NCBI GenBank assembly: GCA_964463705.1
Contig: CAYXCH010000006.1
Span: 32,576-96,575 of the forward strand
Length of the DNA: 64,000 nt
Direction: 5' to 3'
Origin: an uncultured Pseudobdellovibrionaceae bacterium
Lineage (GTDB): Bacteria > Patescibacteriota > Minisyncoccia > Moranbacterales > GCA-2747515
Shown: one piece after another, positions 1-10,155 of the stretch
Position numbering within the stretch: the first letter of the stretch is position 1
How the letters are laid out: every line of letters starts with the position of its first letter
Made by a program: the position numbers and the translations under genes
Notes under the pieces: model-generated
What the model was told of the DNA's origin: nothing
The model's database searches: none
The model's input: the letters and a program-made list of their open reading frames with translations, nothing else

Positions 1-1555
1 TATAAAAAAGCGCATCGCACAGCGATTGCCGTTTGTACGGGATGAGATGTCGTTGGAGGAGGCGCGAGTACTGTTTGCAGAGCGAAATGAGCCGTACAAG
101 TTGGAACTTATTGATAAAATCGCCGATCGTGGGGCGGAGAGCGTATCCGTCTATCGTACCGGTGATTCCTTTGTGGATCTCTGTGAGGGACCGCATGTGG
201 AGCATAGTGGGGAGATTAACGCAAAGGCATTAAAACTTACCACCCTCTCCGGTGCCTACTGGCAAGCAGATGAACATAATGATCAGATGACCCGTATCTA
301 TGGAGTGTTATTCTCCACACCGGAAGAACTTGCCGAATATGAAGCAATGCTCCGAGAAGCGGCGCGACGGGATCACCGCAAGCTGGGAAAAGCATTGGAT
401 CTGTTTACATTCTCCGATCTCGTAGGACCGGGATTGCCGCTATGGACACCGCGCGGAGCACTGTTGCGACAATTACTGGATGATTATGTCTGGGAACTTC
501 GCGCAAACCATTCTTATACGCGAGTGGCCATTCCGCACATCACCAAAAAAGCATTGTATGAAACCTCCGGGCACTGGCAAAAATTTGCCGATGAATTGTT
601 CCGCATCACCAGTCGTGAAGGAAAGGATTACGCAATGAAGCCGATGAATTGCCCGCATCATACGCAAATCTTCGCACGTAAACCTCATTCGTACCGGGAG
701 CTTCCCCAGCGCTACGCCGAAACAACCATGGTCTACCGTGATGAGCAATCCGGAGAATTGGGAGGATTGACACGTGTACTGTCCATTACTCAGGATGATG
801 CGCACATCTTCTGTCGGCACAATCAACTGCGGGAGGAATTCTTCGGTGTTTGGGATATTATTGATACATTCTATACAACATTCGGCTTTACATTTAAGAC
901 AGTTCGTCTTTCCTTCCATGATCCCGATCATCCGGAAAAATACCTTGGCACGCCGGACACCTGGGCAAAGGCGGAGCAGACGCTGCGTGACATCGCCGCC
1001 GCACGAGGTGTTGATGCCGAGGAAGCTCCCGGAGAGGCGGCATTATATGGTCCGAAAGTGGATTTCATCGCCACGGACTCACTGGGACGCACACATCAAG
1101 TCGCCACCATTCAGCTGGACATGAATCTTCCGGAGCGCTTTGATTTAACATGTATCAATGAGGCGGGAGAAAAGGAGCGAATTGTTATGATTCACTGCGC
1201 AATCATGGGATCGCTGGAACGCTTTATCGCCGTTCTCCTTGAACACACCGCGGGCAAACTTCCGGTTCGCTTTGCTCCCGTACAAGCGGTTGTGTTACCG
1301 ATTTCCGATGCACATCGTGAGTATGCAATGCATGTTCGTGACAATCTTACCGCCACCGGTGCTCGCGTAGATGTGCGAGCGGACGGAACAACATTGGGCA
1401 AGCGCATCCGTGACGCACAAACAGAACAAATTCCTTACATGTTGATTGTGGGAGATCAAGAAGTCTCCACCAATACCGTTGCCGTTCGCAGCCGTGATGA
1501 TGGTGATTTGGGAACGATGGATTATGAGGCGGTGCGAACATACTTGGAATCTTAG
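1..1555 (+). CDS. thrS: Threonyl-tRNA synthetase, 5' end truncated by window edge. The reading frame is open to position 1 and the first in-frame start in the window is a TTG at 26.
   Basis: Class II aaRS core with the MKPMNCPHHTQIF motif, catalytic domain and C-terminal anticodon-binding domain. About 509 aa are visible out of an expected ~640. Confidence 0.9.
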   Translation, partial: IKKRIAQRLPFVRDEMSLEEARVLFAERNEPYKLELIDKIADRGAESVSVYRTGDSFVDLCEGPHVEHSGEINAKALKLTTLSGAYWQADEHNDQMTRIYGVLFSTPEELAEYEAMLREAARRDHRKLGKALDLFTFSDLVGPGLPLWTPRGALLRQLLDDYVWELRANHSYTRVAIPHITKKALYETSGHWQKFADELFRITSREGKDYAMKPMNCPHHTQIFARKPHSYRELPQRYAETTMVYRDEQSGELGGLTRVLSITQDDAHIFCRHNQLREEFFGVWDIIDTFYTTFGFTFKTVRLSFHDPDHPEKYLGTPDTWAKAEQTLRDIAAARGVDAEEAPGEAALYGPKVDFIATDSLGRTHQVATIQLDMNLPERFDLTCINEAGEKERIVMIHCAIMGSLERFIAVLLEHTAGKLPVRFAPVQAVVLPISDAHREYAMHVRDNLTATGARVDVRADGTTLGKRIRDAQTEQIPYMLIVGDQEVSTNTVAVRSRDDGDLGTMDYEAVRTYLES

Positions 1556-1587
1556 TTGTTTCGATTTCCCGCATTGGTTACTCTTGA

Positions 1588-2631
1588 ATGTGTTTAGTGT
1601 ATACTAAACACATGACTAGCACGCAACACAAACGTATTGTCATTATTGGACCCACGGCATCGGGAAAATCTGCCATTGCCATTGCGCTTGCTCATACATA
1701 TACCGGCGTGGTTATTGGTGCAGACAGTCGCCAAGTCTATCGCCATATGGATTTGGGAAGCGGAAAAGAGCCGGGAGCACGCTGTAACCTGCGTGCCCGC
1801 ACGTGCCGTGCTCTCCCCCGCACACTGCGAACCATTCTAGCTCGTACACCACACTTATGGCACCCCTATATTAGCGATGGTATTGCACACTATATGATTG
1901 ATATTGTGTCTCCGCGAACACCGTATAGCGTTGCGCAATTTGTTGCTCGTGCACAGTCTGTACTTCATGCGTGTCACACTCATTCCATTCTTCCCATTAT
2001 CTGTGGCGGAACACATTTCTGGGTCCAGGCATTGGTAGAACAGCAAATATTTGCCGCCGTACCACCGAATACGGCGCTGCGGACACGGTTATCCACTCGT
2101 CCCGCCACGGAACTGCTGGCACACCTTGCGGCACTGGATCCTATCCGCGCCGAAGCAATTCGTAAGAATGGCGAACATTTCAACCGCGTTCGTCTTATTC
2201 GCGCCATTGAAATCGCCACCGCTCTCGGATCGGTTCCGTCACCACCTGCACCCAATCCGCCGGACCCGAACACCACACTTATATTGGCGGTGCTGCCGGA
2301 CCAAGCGACATTACACAAAAATATTGAACATCGTCTCCCGCCGCGTCTTGCCGCAGGTATGCTTGATGAAGTTGCGGCTCTTCATGAAAAATACCATGTT
2401 CCGTGGACGCAACTGGAACGATTCGGATTGGAGTATAAATGGTGTGCACGGTACTTGCAGGGTCATTGCGACATGGAAACACTGATGAAAAACATTATCA
2501 GTGAAAGCAAAAAATTCGCAAAACGCCAGCGGACATGGATTCGTCGTTGGGAACGCAGCGGAGCACGCATCCACCCCATTACCACCGCGGCGGAAGCTCA
2601 TACACTTACACACGCATTTCTTTCATCATAA
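1588..2631 (+). CDS. miaA: tRNA dimethylallyltransferase (MiaA) with an internal insertion
   Basis: N-terminal P-loop IVIIGPTASGKSAIAIALA followed by VIGADSRQVYRHMDLGSGK, as in the MiaA family. Similarity continues after a ~45 aa insert (HYMIDIV...YSV). Confidence 0.75.
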   Translation: MCLVYTKHMTSTQHKRIVIIGPTASGKSAIAIALAHTYTGVVIGADSRQVYRHMDLGSGKEPGARCNLRARTCRALPRTLRTILARTPHLWHPYISDGIAHYMIDIVSPRTPYSVAQFVARAQSVLHACHTHSILPIICGGTHFWVQALVEQQIFAAVPPNTALRTRLSTRPATELLAHLAALDPIRAEAIRKNGEHFNRVRLIRAIEIATALGSVPSPPAPNPPDPNTTLILAVLPDQATLHKNIEHRLPPRLAAGMLDEVAALHEKYHVPWTQLERFGLEYKWCARYLQGHCDMETLMKNIISESKKFAKRQRTWIRRWERSGARIHPITTAAEAHTLTHAFLSS

Positions 2632-2637
2632 TTTATT

Positions 2638-3432
2638 ATGGAAATACTTCCCTCCACTCCGGATACTCAATCGGAGAAACCGAAAGAATGGTCCATTGGC
2701 AAAGGAACACTTATCCAACATGGAACATCATTTGAAATACGCTATGGCGAAATGGTCGCCCCTGTTCCACCAATAGTGGGAAAACATTTGCGATTTTGTG
2801 CACGATTGCAACAACGAGCACACCGACACGATACACCGAAAACAACATCACTATACAGAGATATAAACTGCCATCGCACAGCAATTGGACCATTGATGGA
2901 TTATGTTCATGCCACTCATCAGAAACCGGAAACGCTGACATTTGCTAATCACGTTCGTGCGGTCGGTGGCGGGATGCGTCGGTATCATGAGCGATCAACT
3001 GTTACTTCGGCAGATTTTGACTGGTGGCTTCAAAATCGTACAAAAGCATTGCCTCTTTCACCGGACGAATGTTTATTTATCACAATGGATACCCGCGATA
3101 CCGCAGAACATCACCTCTCACGCAATCTCCGAGACACTTATGGTGAAGAAACGGCATTTGTCGGACAGTTCATCAGAGGACGACAGACATTCTCCACATT
3201 ACCCCGCCCATTCCATAGTTTCTTTTTCTTCCGCTCGGATTGTGATGTATTCCTATGCTTTGATAAAAAAGGTGTAGATGATGCACCATTTCGTATTATT
3301 CCGCTAGCGACACTGATCCGGGAAAATATCTCACAAAAATACCTTCACCATGATACGATGTTCTTCGCAGCCATGCCGGTAAATCGTGTTATTGCTCACT
3401 TACGTGACGAGTCCTACCGCCCACGATTATAG
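2638..3432 (+). CDS. Hypothetical protein, 264 aa
   Basis: Long ORF packed between miaA and gatB. No family motif recognised. Confidence 0.4.
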   Translation: MEILPSTPDTQSEKPKEWSIGKGTLIQHGTSFEIRYGEMVAPVPPIVGKHLRFCARLQQRAHRHDTPKTTSLYRDINCHRTAIGPLMDYVHATHQKPETLTFANHVRAVGGGMRRYHERSTVTSADFDWWLQNRTKALPLSPDECLFITMDTRDTAEHHLSRNLRDTYGEETAFVGQFIRGRQTFSTLPRPFHSFFFFRSDCDVFLCFDKKGVDDAPFRIIPLATLIRENISQKYLHHDTMFFAAMPVNRVIAHLRDESYRPRL

Positions 3433-3435
3433 AAA

Positions 3436-4908
3436 TCACTGCAAGCGCTCTTTCAACAGTCGTGTCGCCGTTTGCGGATTGGCTTTACCACGCGTTTCCT
3501 TCATCACTTGCCCCATCAGATATTTCAGCGCATTATCCTTACCGGAACGATAGTCTGCAACGGACTGCGGATTTGCGGCAATCACCGAATCCACTACCGA
3601 TGACAATGCGTCCTCATCGTCCATTTGCGCCAATCCTCGCTCCTCAATAATGTGACTGGGATCATCATCGTCACCGGTATACATCAACTCCAATACGGTC
3701 TGTGCGGCGGAGGAATTAATTTTTCCATCCGCAACAATTCCAATCAATTCCGCAAAATTTTCCGGTGTAATCCGCACATCACGAATTGTCTTCTGATCCC
3801 GCACCAAATACTTTTGCAACTCGCTGACCAAATAATTTGCCGCCAATTTCGTCGTCTTCTCTTTTGGTGCGGAAACTTCTCCGCTGTCTCGCTTTGCATC
3901 CAATTCACTCAATACGTTTTCACAATACTCCGCAAGGTGCTTATCCGCAATCAATACATCCAGCACTTCATCACGCAACCCATACTCCTCCTTAAATCGT
4001 TCCCGCTTCTGCGCCGGAAGCTCCGGAAGTGTGCGACGCAACTCTTCCACATACTCCTCTGTAAACACCATCGGCGGAATGTCCGGCTCCGGAAAATACC
4101 GATAATCATGTGCAGACTCCTTGGCACGCTGACTGAATGTCTCCCCACGCGCATCGTCCCACCCGCGCGTTTCTTGAACAATCTCCTCTCCATCATCCAA
4201 CGCCACCGTTTGTCGTGCAATCTCATACACGATTGCACGCTCTACGCTGCGAAACGAGTTTAGGTTTTTGATTTCCACTTTGGTGCCGCTCAGCCGATCT
4301 TCTCCTTCCTTATGTAAGGAGATATTTACCTCACACCGCATCTGCCCTTTTTCCATATCGGCATCGGAAATCTCCAAATAGCGGATTATCTGCTGCAAAT
4401 GCTGACAAAACGCTCGCGCCTGTGCACCACTGGTAATATCCGGCTCGGTTACCAACTCCATCAACGGTACTCCCGCACGATTAAGATCCACCAGCGTATA
4501 CTCCGCCCCGCGCGGGTGACGGGATTTTCCGGTATCCTCCTCCATATGAATACGCGTAATTCCAATTGTCGTTCCATCGATTGTCAATGCACCCCCTTCA
4601 CACAACGGCTGATCATACTGCGAAATCTGATATCCTTTGGGTAAATCCGGATAAAAATAGTTTTTTCGATCAAACTTTGTCTCTCGCAAAATACTACATC
4701 CCAGCGCCAATCCGGCCCGCTGAACGGCACGAATCGCTTCTTTATTGGGCAACGGGAGCGTCCCGGGCTGCGCCGTAGTAACCGGATCAATATGCACATT
4801 CGGTTCCTTCTCCAATCCCAATCCGTTCACTTCCGAACAAAACATCTTACTCGCTGTGGTAAGCTCACAATGAATTTCCATTCCGATTACCGGGTGGTAC
4901 GTTGCCAT
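3436..4908 (-). CDS. gatB: Asp/Glu-tRNA amidotransferase subunit B
   Basis: N-terminus YHPVIGMEIHCEL and length match GatB. The start is probably the Met at 4908, not the ORF-track start at 4917. Confidence 0.9.
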   Translation of the reverse strand: MATYHPVIGMEIHCELTTASKMFCSEVNGLGLEKEPNVHIDPVTTAQPGTLPLPNKEAIRAVQRAGLALGCSILRETKFDRKNYFYPDLPKGYQISQYDQPLCEGGALTIDGTTIGITRIHMEEDTGKSRHPRGAEYTLVDLNRAGVPLMELVTEPDITSGAQARAFCQHLQQIIRYLEISDADMEKGQMRCEVNISLHKEGEDRLSGTKVEIKNLNSFRSVERAIVYEIARQTVALDDGEEIVQETRGWDDARGETFSQRAKESAHDYRYFPEPDIPPMVFTEEYVEELRRTLPELPAQKRERFKEEYGLRDEVLDVLIADKHLAEYCENVLSELDAKRDSGEVSAPKEKTTKLAANYLVSELQKYLVRDQKTIRDVRITPENFAELIGIVADGKINSSAAQTVLELMYTGDDDDPSHIIEERGLAQMDDEDALSSVVDSVIAANPQSVADYRSGKDNALKYLMGQVMKETRGKANPQTATRLLKERLQ

Positions 4909-4949
4909 ACAATACACCTTAACTATTTTCCGTATTCTATCACATTTTT

Positions 4950-4994
4950 CCGCAAAATAAAACGCGGCACACCCCTATGAGTGTACCGCGTTTT
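4950..4994 (-). terminator. Intrinsic terminator downstream of the FKBP gene
   Basis: On the minus strand: AAAACGCGGUACAC, an 8-nt loop, GUGUGCCGCGUUUU, then UAUUUUG. Confidence 0.5.
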
Positions 4995-5006
4995 GGCGGA
5001 GAAATA

Positions 5007-5891
5007 CTACTTACCCAGCTCTACCGCCTCCACTTCAAAAATCAACACACTGTTGGGCTCAATTCCTGCCGGTGGCACACCCTGCTCTCCATAGGCCTGA
5101 TCCGCAGGAACAACAATTTCCCATTGATCTCCGATACGCATCGCTTTGAGTGCCGTGGCAAATCCGGGGATTGTCATCTTGGCACTCATAACCACCGGCT
5201 CCGTGTTGCCATCACGACGAGAGCTATCAAACTCCGTTCCATCAATTAATGTTCCGCGATAGTGAAGCTTAACATCCTGTGTACCGATAATTGGACCCGT
5301 ACCGGTGGCAAGTACTCGGTATAACACACCGTTCTCCAGTTCCTTTACGCCATCTTTTTTCTTGTATTCCGCCAGAAACTTCTCTCCCGCTTCCTTATTT
5401 TTCTGTGCACGCTCTTCCGCCTTCTTTTGCTCCACTTCCATGCGCTTCTCCAATACCGCGCGAACCATATCTTCAGACATTAGCGGTGATGATGTTTCCG
5501 TAATGGCATCACGAAAGCCGCGTACCACCATTCCCACATCAATCATTCCCTCCTGCACACCCGGCGCCGTTTTATATGCCGGCAAATTCTGCTGACCCAG
5601 TGCAGAGCCTACCGCATATCCCCACTGTTTTGGATTCATTCCGTTTACCTCATCAACAGTGGTCGGCAATCCGCTAAGTGCAACCTGTGCATTCTGCATT
5701 GCTTTGGACACGCCGCCATTCTTTTGCGCAACACGAACACCGTAAATCACCGCCGCAATAATGGCGACAACGATCAGCCAATTTCTTACCGTCGTCGGCA
5801 CCGGACACCGACGAGAAGATTTCCGTCGTGATGATGCATTAGTATGCGGAGTTACATCTCGCGCCTCTGTAGATTCTTCTTTCTGTGTCAT
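5007..5891 (-). CDS. Membrane-anchored FKBP-type peptidyl-prolyl cis-trans isomerase
   Basis: N-terminal TM helix (LIVVAIIAAVIYGV). C-terminal FKBP domain (YRGTLIDGTEFDSS ... IFEVEAVELGK). Confidence 0.8.
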   Translation of the reverse strand: MTQKEESTEARDVTPHTNASSRRKSSRRCPVPTTVRNWLIVVAIIAAVIYGVRVAQKNGGVSKAMQNAQVALSGLPTTVDEVNGMNPKQWGYAVGSALGQQNLPAYKTAPGVQEGMIDVGMVVRGFRDAITETSSPLMSEDMVRAVLEKRMEVEQKKAEERAQKNKEAGEKFLAEYKKKDGVKELENGVLYRVLATGTGPIIGTQDVKLHYRGTLIDGTEFDSSRRDGNTEPVVMSAKMTIPGFATALKAMRIGDQWEIVVPADQAYGEQGVPPAGIEPNSVLIFEVEAVELGK

Positions 5892-5937
5892 ATCTATAAT
5901 ATTAGAAAACTTATCCCCCCGTAGTATACCATACTTT

Positions 5938-5966
5938 TTGACAGTCCCAAAAGAGAATGATAGACT
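5938..5966 (+). promoter_or_regulatory. Sigma70-like promoter for the 5986 gene
   Basis: TTGACA, a 17-nt spacer, then TAGACT. The -10 element ends about 20 nt before the ATG. Confidence 0.45.
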
Positions 5967-5985
5967 TCCGTGATACCATACGTCA

Positions 5986-7029
5986 ATGAAGCTCTCGACA
6001 TTTCACACTCCTCTAATCCTGGCAGATGACACGGAAAGTGCCCATGCTACCGCCTATGCATTGGCACACTACTACACGGCACGGCAGGCAACGCCACGTG
6101 TTGTTTGTACTCCTCACCATCGTATATCTCTTGCATTTTTGCCGCAACCGAAGCACTGCCATACCACTGTTGGTGCAACAGAACACTTTACTCTGCGCTT
6201 TGATACATCTACGCATCCCATTGAAGATGTACACGTACAACGAGAAGAGTCGGCGGTAACCATTACCGTTACTCCCAAACATGGCATGATTGATCCAAGG
6301 GACTTCTCCTTTGCAACGGGGGCGTCACATTATGATGTTGTAATTATTGTCGGCGCGGAGGCACTGCGGCGTTATGCGGAAGATATTGCATCCCTTCACG
6401 GACATATTCCATTTATCACTTTACCGACAACATCAGGACACTCTCTCGGTATGAATGTATATACACATATTCATGACAGCAACAATCTTACACCCTCTGC
6501 CGCTCAATGTCTACTTGCCGCCATTGTTATGGAAACCGATGCTCTGCGCACTGCTGACACCGATGTATACCGTGCCGGTGCGGATCTTATGGCGCGAGGT
6601 GCGGATTTGCAGGCAATCATGTCTGCACGATATAAAAACATCACTCTTGATTTTGCCCGATTTTGGGGAGGATTTTTAGAATCACTAACACCACATTGTA
6701 ACGGGAGATGTGCCCTCTCCATTGTTAGCGCTCCCTACGGAAATGATGCAGAAACTCTTGCCACCGCTCTATACAAAACCGCTCCCTACCAACAAAACAC
6801 CGCTATTCTCGGCGCACTGTGGTATTCACGAAAAACACTAAACGGAATGTTTCTTTGCACATCATACACACTGCATACCATTCTTCGGGATACGGTAACG
6901 GAGATTGATTTTCACAATGGTGAATACGGGACCCTGCGTTGCCAAACACAGCAACCCGTCTCTGATATTGTCACTATTCTTACCGACGCCATTACTGCAA
7001 TGGACCAACGCGACAAGAGCAACAAATAA
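5986..7029 (+). CDS. DHH-superfamily (NrnA-like) phosphoesterase-like protein. Catalytic DHH motif not evident.
   Basis: N-terminal ILADDTESAHATAYALAHYY resembles NrnA motif I. The mid-protein segment LLAAIVMETDALRTADTD resembles the NrnA linker. The assignment is tentative. Confidence 0.4.
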   Translation: MKLSTFHTPLILADDTESAHATAYALAHYYTARQATPRVVCTPHHRISLAFLPQPKHCHTTVGATEHFTLRFDTSTHPIEDVHVQREESAVTITVTPKHGMIDPRDFSFATGASHYDVVIIVGAEALRRYAEDIASLHGHIPFITLPTTSGHSLGMNVYTHIHDSNNLTPSAAQCLLAAIVMETDALRTADTDVYRAGADLMARGADLQAIMSARYKNITLDFARFWGGFLESLTPHCNGRCALSIVSAPYGNDAETLATALYKTAPYQQNTAILGALWYSRKTLNGMFLCTSYTLHTILRDTVTEIDFHNGEYGTLRCQTQQPVSDIVTILTDAITAMDQRDKSNK

Positions 7030-7056
7030 TGGTACAATGGGGACAAAAGACTCCCT

Positions 7057-10000
7057 ATGCCAAAAAAAATTACCGGACACACAGAACTCCAGGACAGTGC
7101 CTATATTAGACGCCAAAAAAAACACGTCTCTCAGACACTGTATAAACTGCGACACCAATCGGAAGAGCGTCAAGCGGCAAAAATTGCAAGGGATGCAAAG
7201 CTTCCCTATATTGATCTCAACCTCATGCCGGTGGACGATGCGGTCGTACGAAGTATTGATGAAGCGCAATCTCGCCGATACAATATTGCCATCTTTCATA
7301 AAGCGGGCCGCAATGTGCGAATCGCCATCGCAGATCCATCCAATGATGATGCACTGACCTTTATTAAAGATATTGCGACACAACAGCGGTGGCGTATCGC
7401 GCTTTATGTCGCCTCTCGTTCTTCTTTGGAAAAGGCGTGGCGCGCATATAAAAAGCCACTACTCGCCCAGGTAGATGCGTTCAACCTTGCACTGGATGAC
7501 GAACTTCTCTCCGGTGCCACACGAGCACTGGAAAACCTTCGCGCTCTGGTAGACGGTGAAGATGATGTCAGTACAACACAAGTGCTGCAAATTATCTTTG
7601 CGGGAGCGGTAGCGCTAAACGCCAGCGATATTCATATTGAACCCCAAGAAAATCGGTTGCGTCTACGGTACAGAATTGACGGAATTTTGCACGATGTCGG
7701 CGATTTGCCACGAAGACTGTATACCGGGGTTGTCAATCGCATCAAAATCATGTCGCACATGAAAGTAAATGTGCGCACCATTGCGCAGGACGGGCGATTG
7801 AGCATCGCGTTGGATGGAGAGATGGGGGGTGAAGTGGACATACGTGTCAGCACCATTCCCGGAAATTATGGCGAGAGTATCGTCATGCGCCTATTGATTA
7901 AAACCGGGAAACTTCTTGATCTTTCCGACATGGGACTGCGTGGATTGGCGGATGAAATTGTACGAAAAGAGGCGGACAAACCCAATGGAATGATTGTTAC
8001 AACGGGACCGACGGGAAGCGGAAAAACAACAACGTTATATGCTCTTTTGCAACGAGCAAATAAGCCCGGAGTAAAAATCATTACCATTGAGGATCCGATT
8101 GAGTATGAGATTGACGGTATTTCTCAGACACAAGTATCCAAAGATGGAAAGTATACATTTGCAAAAGGATTGCGCGCCATTGTCCGTCAAGATCCGGATA
8201 TTATTCTTGTTGGAGAGATTCGTGATGATGAGACAGCGGATATTGCCGTTAATGCGGCATTAACGGGTCACCTCGTATTTACAACAATTCATGCCAATAA
8301 TGCTGCCGCTACCATTCCGCGATTCTTGGAATTGGGGGTAAAACCGTCCATCCTCCCACCGGCAATGAATGCCATCATGGCGCAGCGCTTAGTACGACGT
8401 CTGTGCTCACACTGTAAAGAGGCCTATGAGCCGGCGCAGGAAACGTTAGATATGATTAAACGATTGCTGGCAATTATCTCTCCCAAGGCAAAGGTGGAAA
8501 TCCCCAAAGAAATTACAACACTATATCGGCCCAAAGGATGCCAACGATGCGGTGGTGTCGGATACAAGGGACGGATTGGTATTTTTGAAGTGTTTACCAT
8601 TACGGAAAATATTGAAAAAATCATTTCCGATCTTGGAAGTGAAGAAGACATCATGCGCGCCGCAATGGAAGATGGCATGATGACGATGACACAGGATGGG
8701 GTTCTTAAAGCGGTAGAGGGCATTACATCTATGGAAGAGGTGTGGCGCGTAACCGCGGAAGGAGAATTTTTGGAAGATGTTTACAATCGCGTCATGGAAC
8801 AGTCACTGGCGCGAGCGATTGTTGTAGAGCGAGATATTATCACCACTCTCCGATCACTGGTTAATGACCATGAGGCGTTGGCAACCCATATCCACACAAC
8901 AAACCAAAAAACAGTTATTAAGAGCATCCTCGGTGCAGGATTGCTGATGAATGCCGGCGATATTCACATTGAGCCCGCCGCACATGGTGTAGACGTCCGA
9001 TTTCGTATTGATGGAGTATTGCAGAAAATTGGAACACTTCCCATGAATGAATACCCTTCACTCCTTTCCAATCTTAAGCTTGTCAGCGGATTGAAAACGG
9101 AAGAGCGACATGGAGTTGCCGACAGCCGTTTCTCCATTGTCTTAGATGAACCGTTATCGGAAGAACATGACACAACGCGCATTGATGTTCGTATTTCGTT
9201 TATTGTCAGTGGATTCGGAGAAACAATTGTGATGCGTTTGCTAAATCAGAGTGCCACATCACTGGATATTACACAATTGGGAATTCGTGAACAAAACCTT
9301 CACCGTATTATGGACGTGGTGAAAAAACCCTATGGCATCCTCCTTAACACCGGTCCGACGGGAAGCGGAAAAACAACAACGTTGTACAGTTTACTTCGAC
9401 AACTTAATCGCCCTGACGTTAAAATTATCACCGTGGAGGATCCGATTGAGTATCAAATGGACGGCGTATTGCAAACACAAGTAGATGAAGACTCCGGATA
9501 CACATTTGCTACCGCCCTGCGCGCACTGCTGCGACAAAATCCGGATATTATGATGATTGGAGAAATCCGTGATGAAGAGACGGCGCAAATTGCTGTACAG
9601 GCCGCTCTTACAGGCCACCTTATTCTCTCCACGCTACATACAAATTCCAGTGCCGTGGCAATTCAACGCCTAATGAATATGGGAATTAGCACTGAAGATC
9701 TTGCAACCAGTATTAATGCCATGATGGCCCAACGATTGGTTCGTGTCTTGTGTTCGCACTGCAAAAAGAAAGTACGACCATCAGCGGAACAACAATCCGT
9801 ACTCCACAATGTTCTTGATACAATTTCAGATAAGAGTGGCTTAAAAGCTCCGCAGACAACATATATATATCAACCCGTCGGGTGTGAGCAATGCACACAT
9901 GGATACCGAGGCCGAACAACCATCAGTGAAGTTCTCGTTGTCACACCGGAAATTCAAGAGATGATCGGGAATGGAGAACTCGCCACTCATATCATTGACC

Positions 10001-10104
10001 ATGCCGTTTCCAATGGCATGATTACCATGACACAAGATGGTGCGGTAAAAGTCTTTGAGGGTATCACCTCGTTGGAAGAATTGGAGCGCGTTACGGAACT
10101 GTAA
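7057..10104 (+). CDS. Tandem-fused double PilB/GspE-family secretion/pilus ATPase, 1015 aa
   Basis: Two complete ATPase modules. Each has a Walker A (GPTGSGKTTTLYALL / GPTGSGKTTTLYSLL), an Asp box/Walker B (DPDIILVGEIRDDETA / NPDIMMIGEIRDEETA) and a His box (LTGHLVFTTIHAN / LTGHLILSTLHTN). Each also has a tetracysteine motif (CSHCKE...CQRCGG and CSHCKK...CEQCTHGY). A GspE N-terminal domain is present only at the N-terminus. Confidence 0.85.
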   Translation: MPKKITGHTELQDSAYIRRQKKHVSQTLYKLRHQSEERQAAKIARDAKLPYIDLNLMPVDDAVVRSIDEAQSRRYNIAIFHKAGRNVRIAIADPSNDDALTFIKDIATQQRWRIALYVASRSSLEKAWRAYKKPLLAQVDAFNLALDDELLSGATRALENLRALVDGEDDVSTTQVLQIIFAGAVALNASDIHIEPQENRLRLRYRIDGILHDVGDLPRRLYTGVVNRIKIMSHMKVNVRTIAQDGRLSIALDGEMGGEVDIRVSTIPGNYGESIVMRLLIKTGKLLDLSDMGLRGLADEIVRKEADKPNGMIVTTGPTGSGKTTTLYALLQRANKPGVKIITIEDPIEYEIDGISQTQVSKDGKYTFAKGLRAIVRQDPDIILVGEIRDDETADIAVNAALTGHLVFTTIHANNAAATIPRFLELGVKPSILPPAMNAIMAQRLVRRLCSHCKEAYEPAQETLDMIKRLLAIISPKAKVEIPKEITTLYRPKGCQRCGGVGYKGRIGIFEVFTITENIEKIISDLGSEEDIMRAAMEDGMMTMTQDGVLKAVEGITSMEEVWRVTAEGEFLEDVYNRVMEQSLARAIVVERDIITTLRSLVNDHEALATHIHTTNQKTVIKSILGAGLLMNAGDIHIEPAAHGVDVRFRIDGVLQKIGTLPMNEYPSLLSNLKLVSGLKTEERHGVADSRFSIVLDEPLSEEHDTTRIDVRISFIVSGFGETIVMRLLNQSATSLDITQLGIREQNLHRIMDVVKKPYGILLNTGPTGSGKTTTLYSLLRQLNRPDVKIITVEDPIEYQMDGVLQTQVDEDSGYTFATALRALLRQNPDIMMIGEIRDEETAQIAVQAALTGHLILSTLHTNSSAVAIQRLMNMGISTEDLATSINAMMAQRLVRVLCSHCKKKVRPSAEQQSVLHNVLDTISDKSGLKAPQTTYIYQPVGCEQCTHGYRGRTTISEVLVVTPEIQEMIGNGELATHIIDHAVSNGMITMTQDGAVKVFEGITSLEELERVTEL

Positions 10105-10126
10105 GCTTTGTCAATAGAAAGGAATC

Positions 10127-10152
10127 GGTGCAAACAATAACTTTCTTGCACC
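10127..10152. terminator. Hairpin between the convergent pilB-like gene and the minus-strand operon. Possible bidirectional terminator.
   Basis: GGTGCAA, a 12-nt loop, then TTGCACC. No strong U-tract follows. Confidence 0.3.
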
Positions 10153-10155
10153 CAC

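Noticed and set aside
473-2613. Numerous 60-150 aa ORFs on the opposite strand or in alternative frames inside thrS and miaA (and similarly inside every large gene)
   Set aside because: They overlap strongly supported genes entirely, have no motifs, and are the expected by-product of GC-rich coding sequence.
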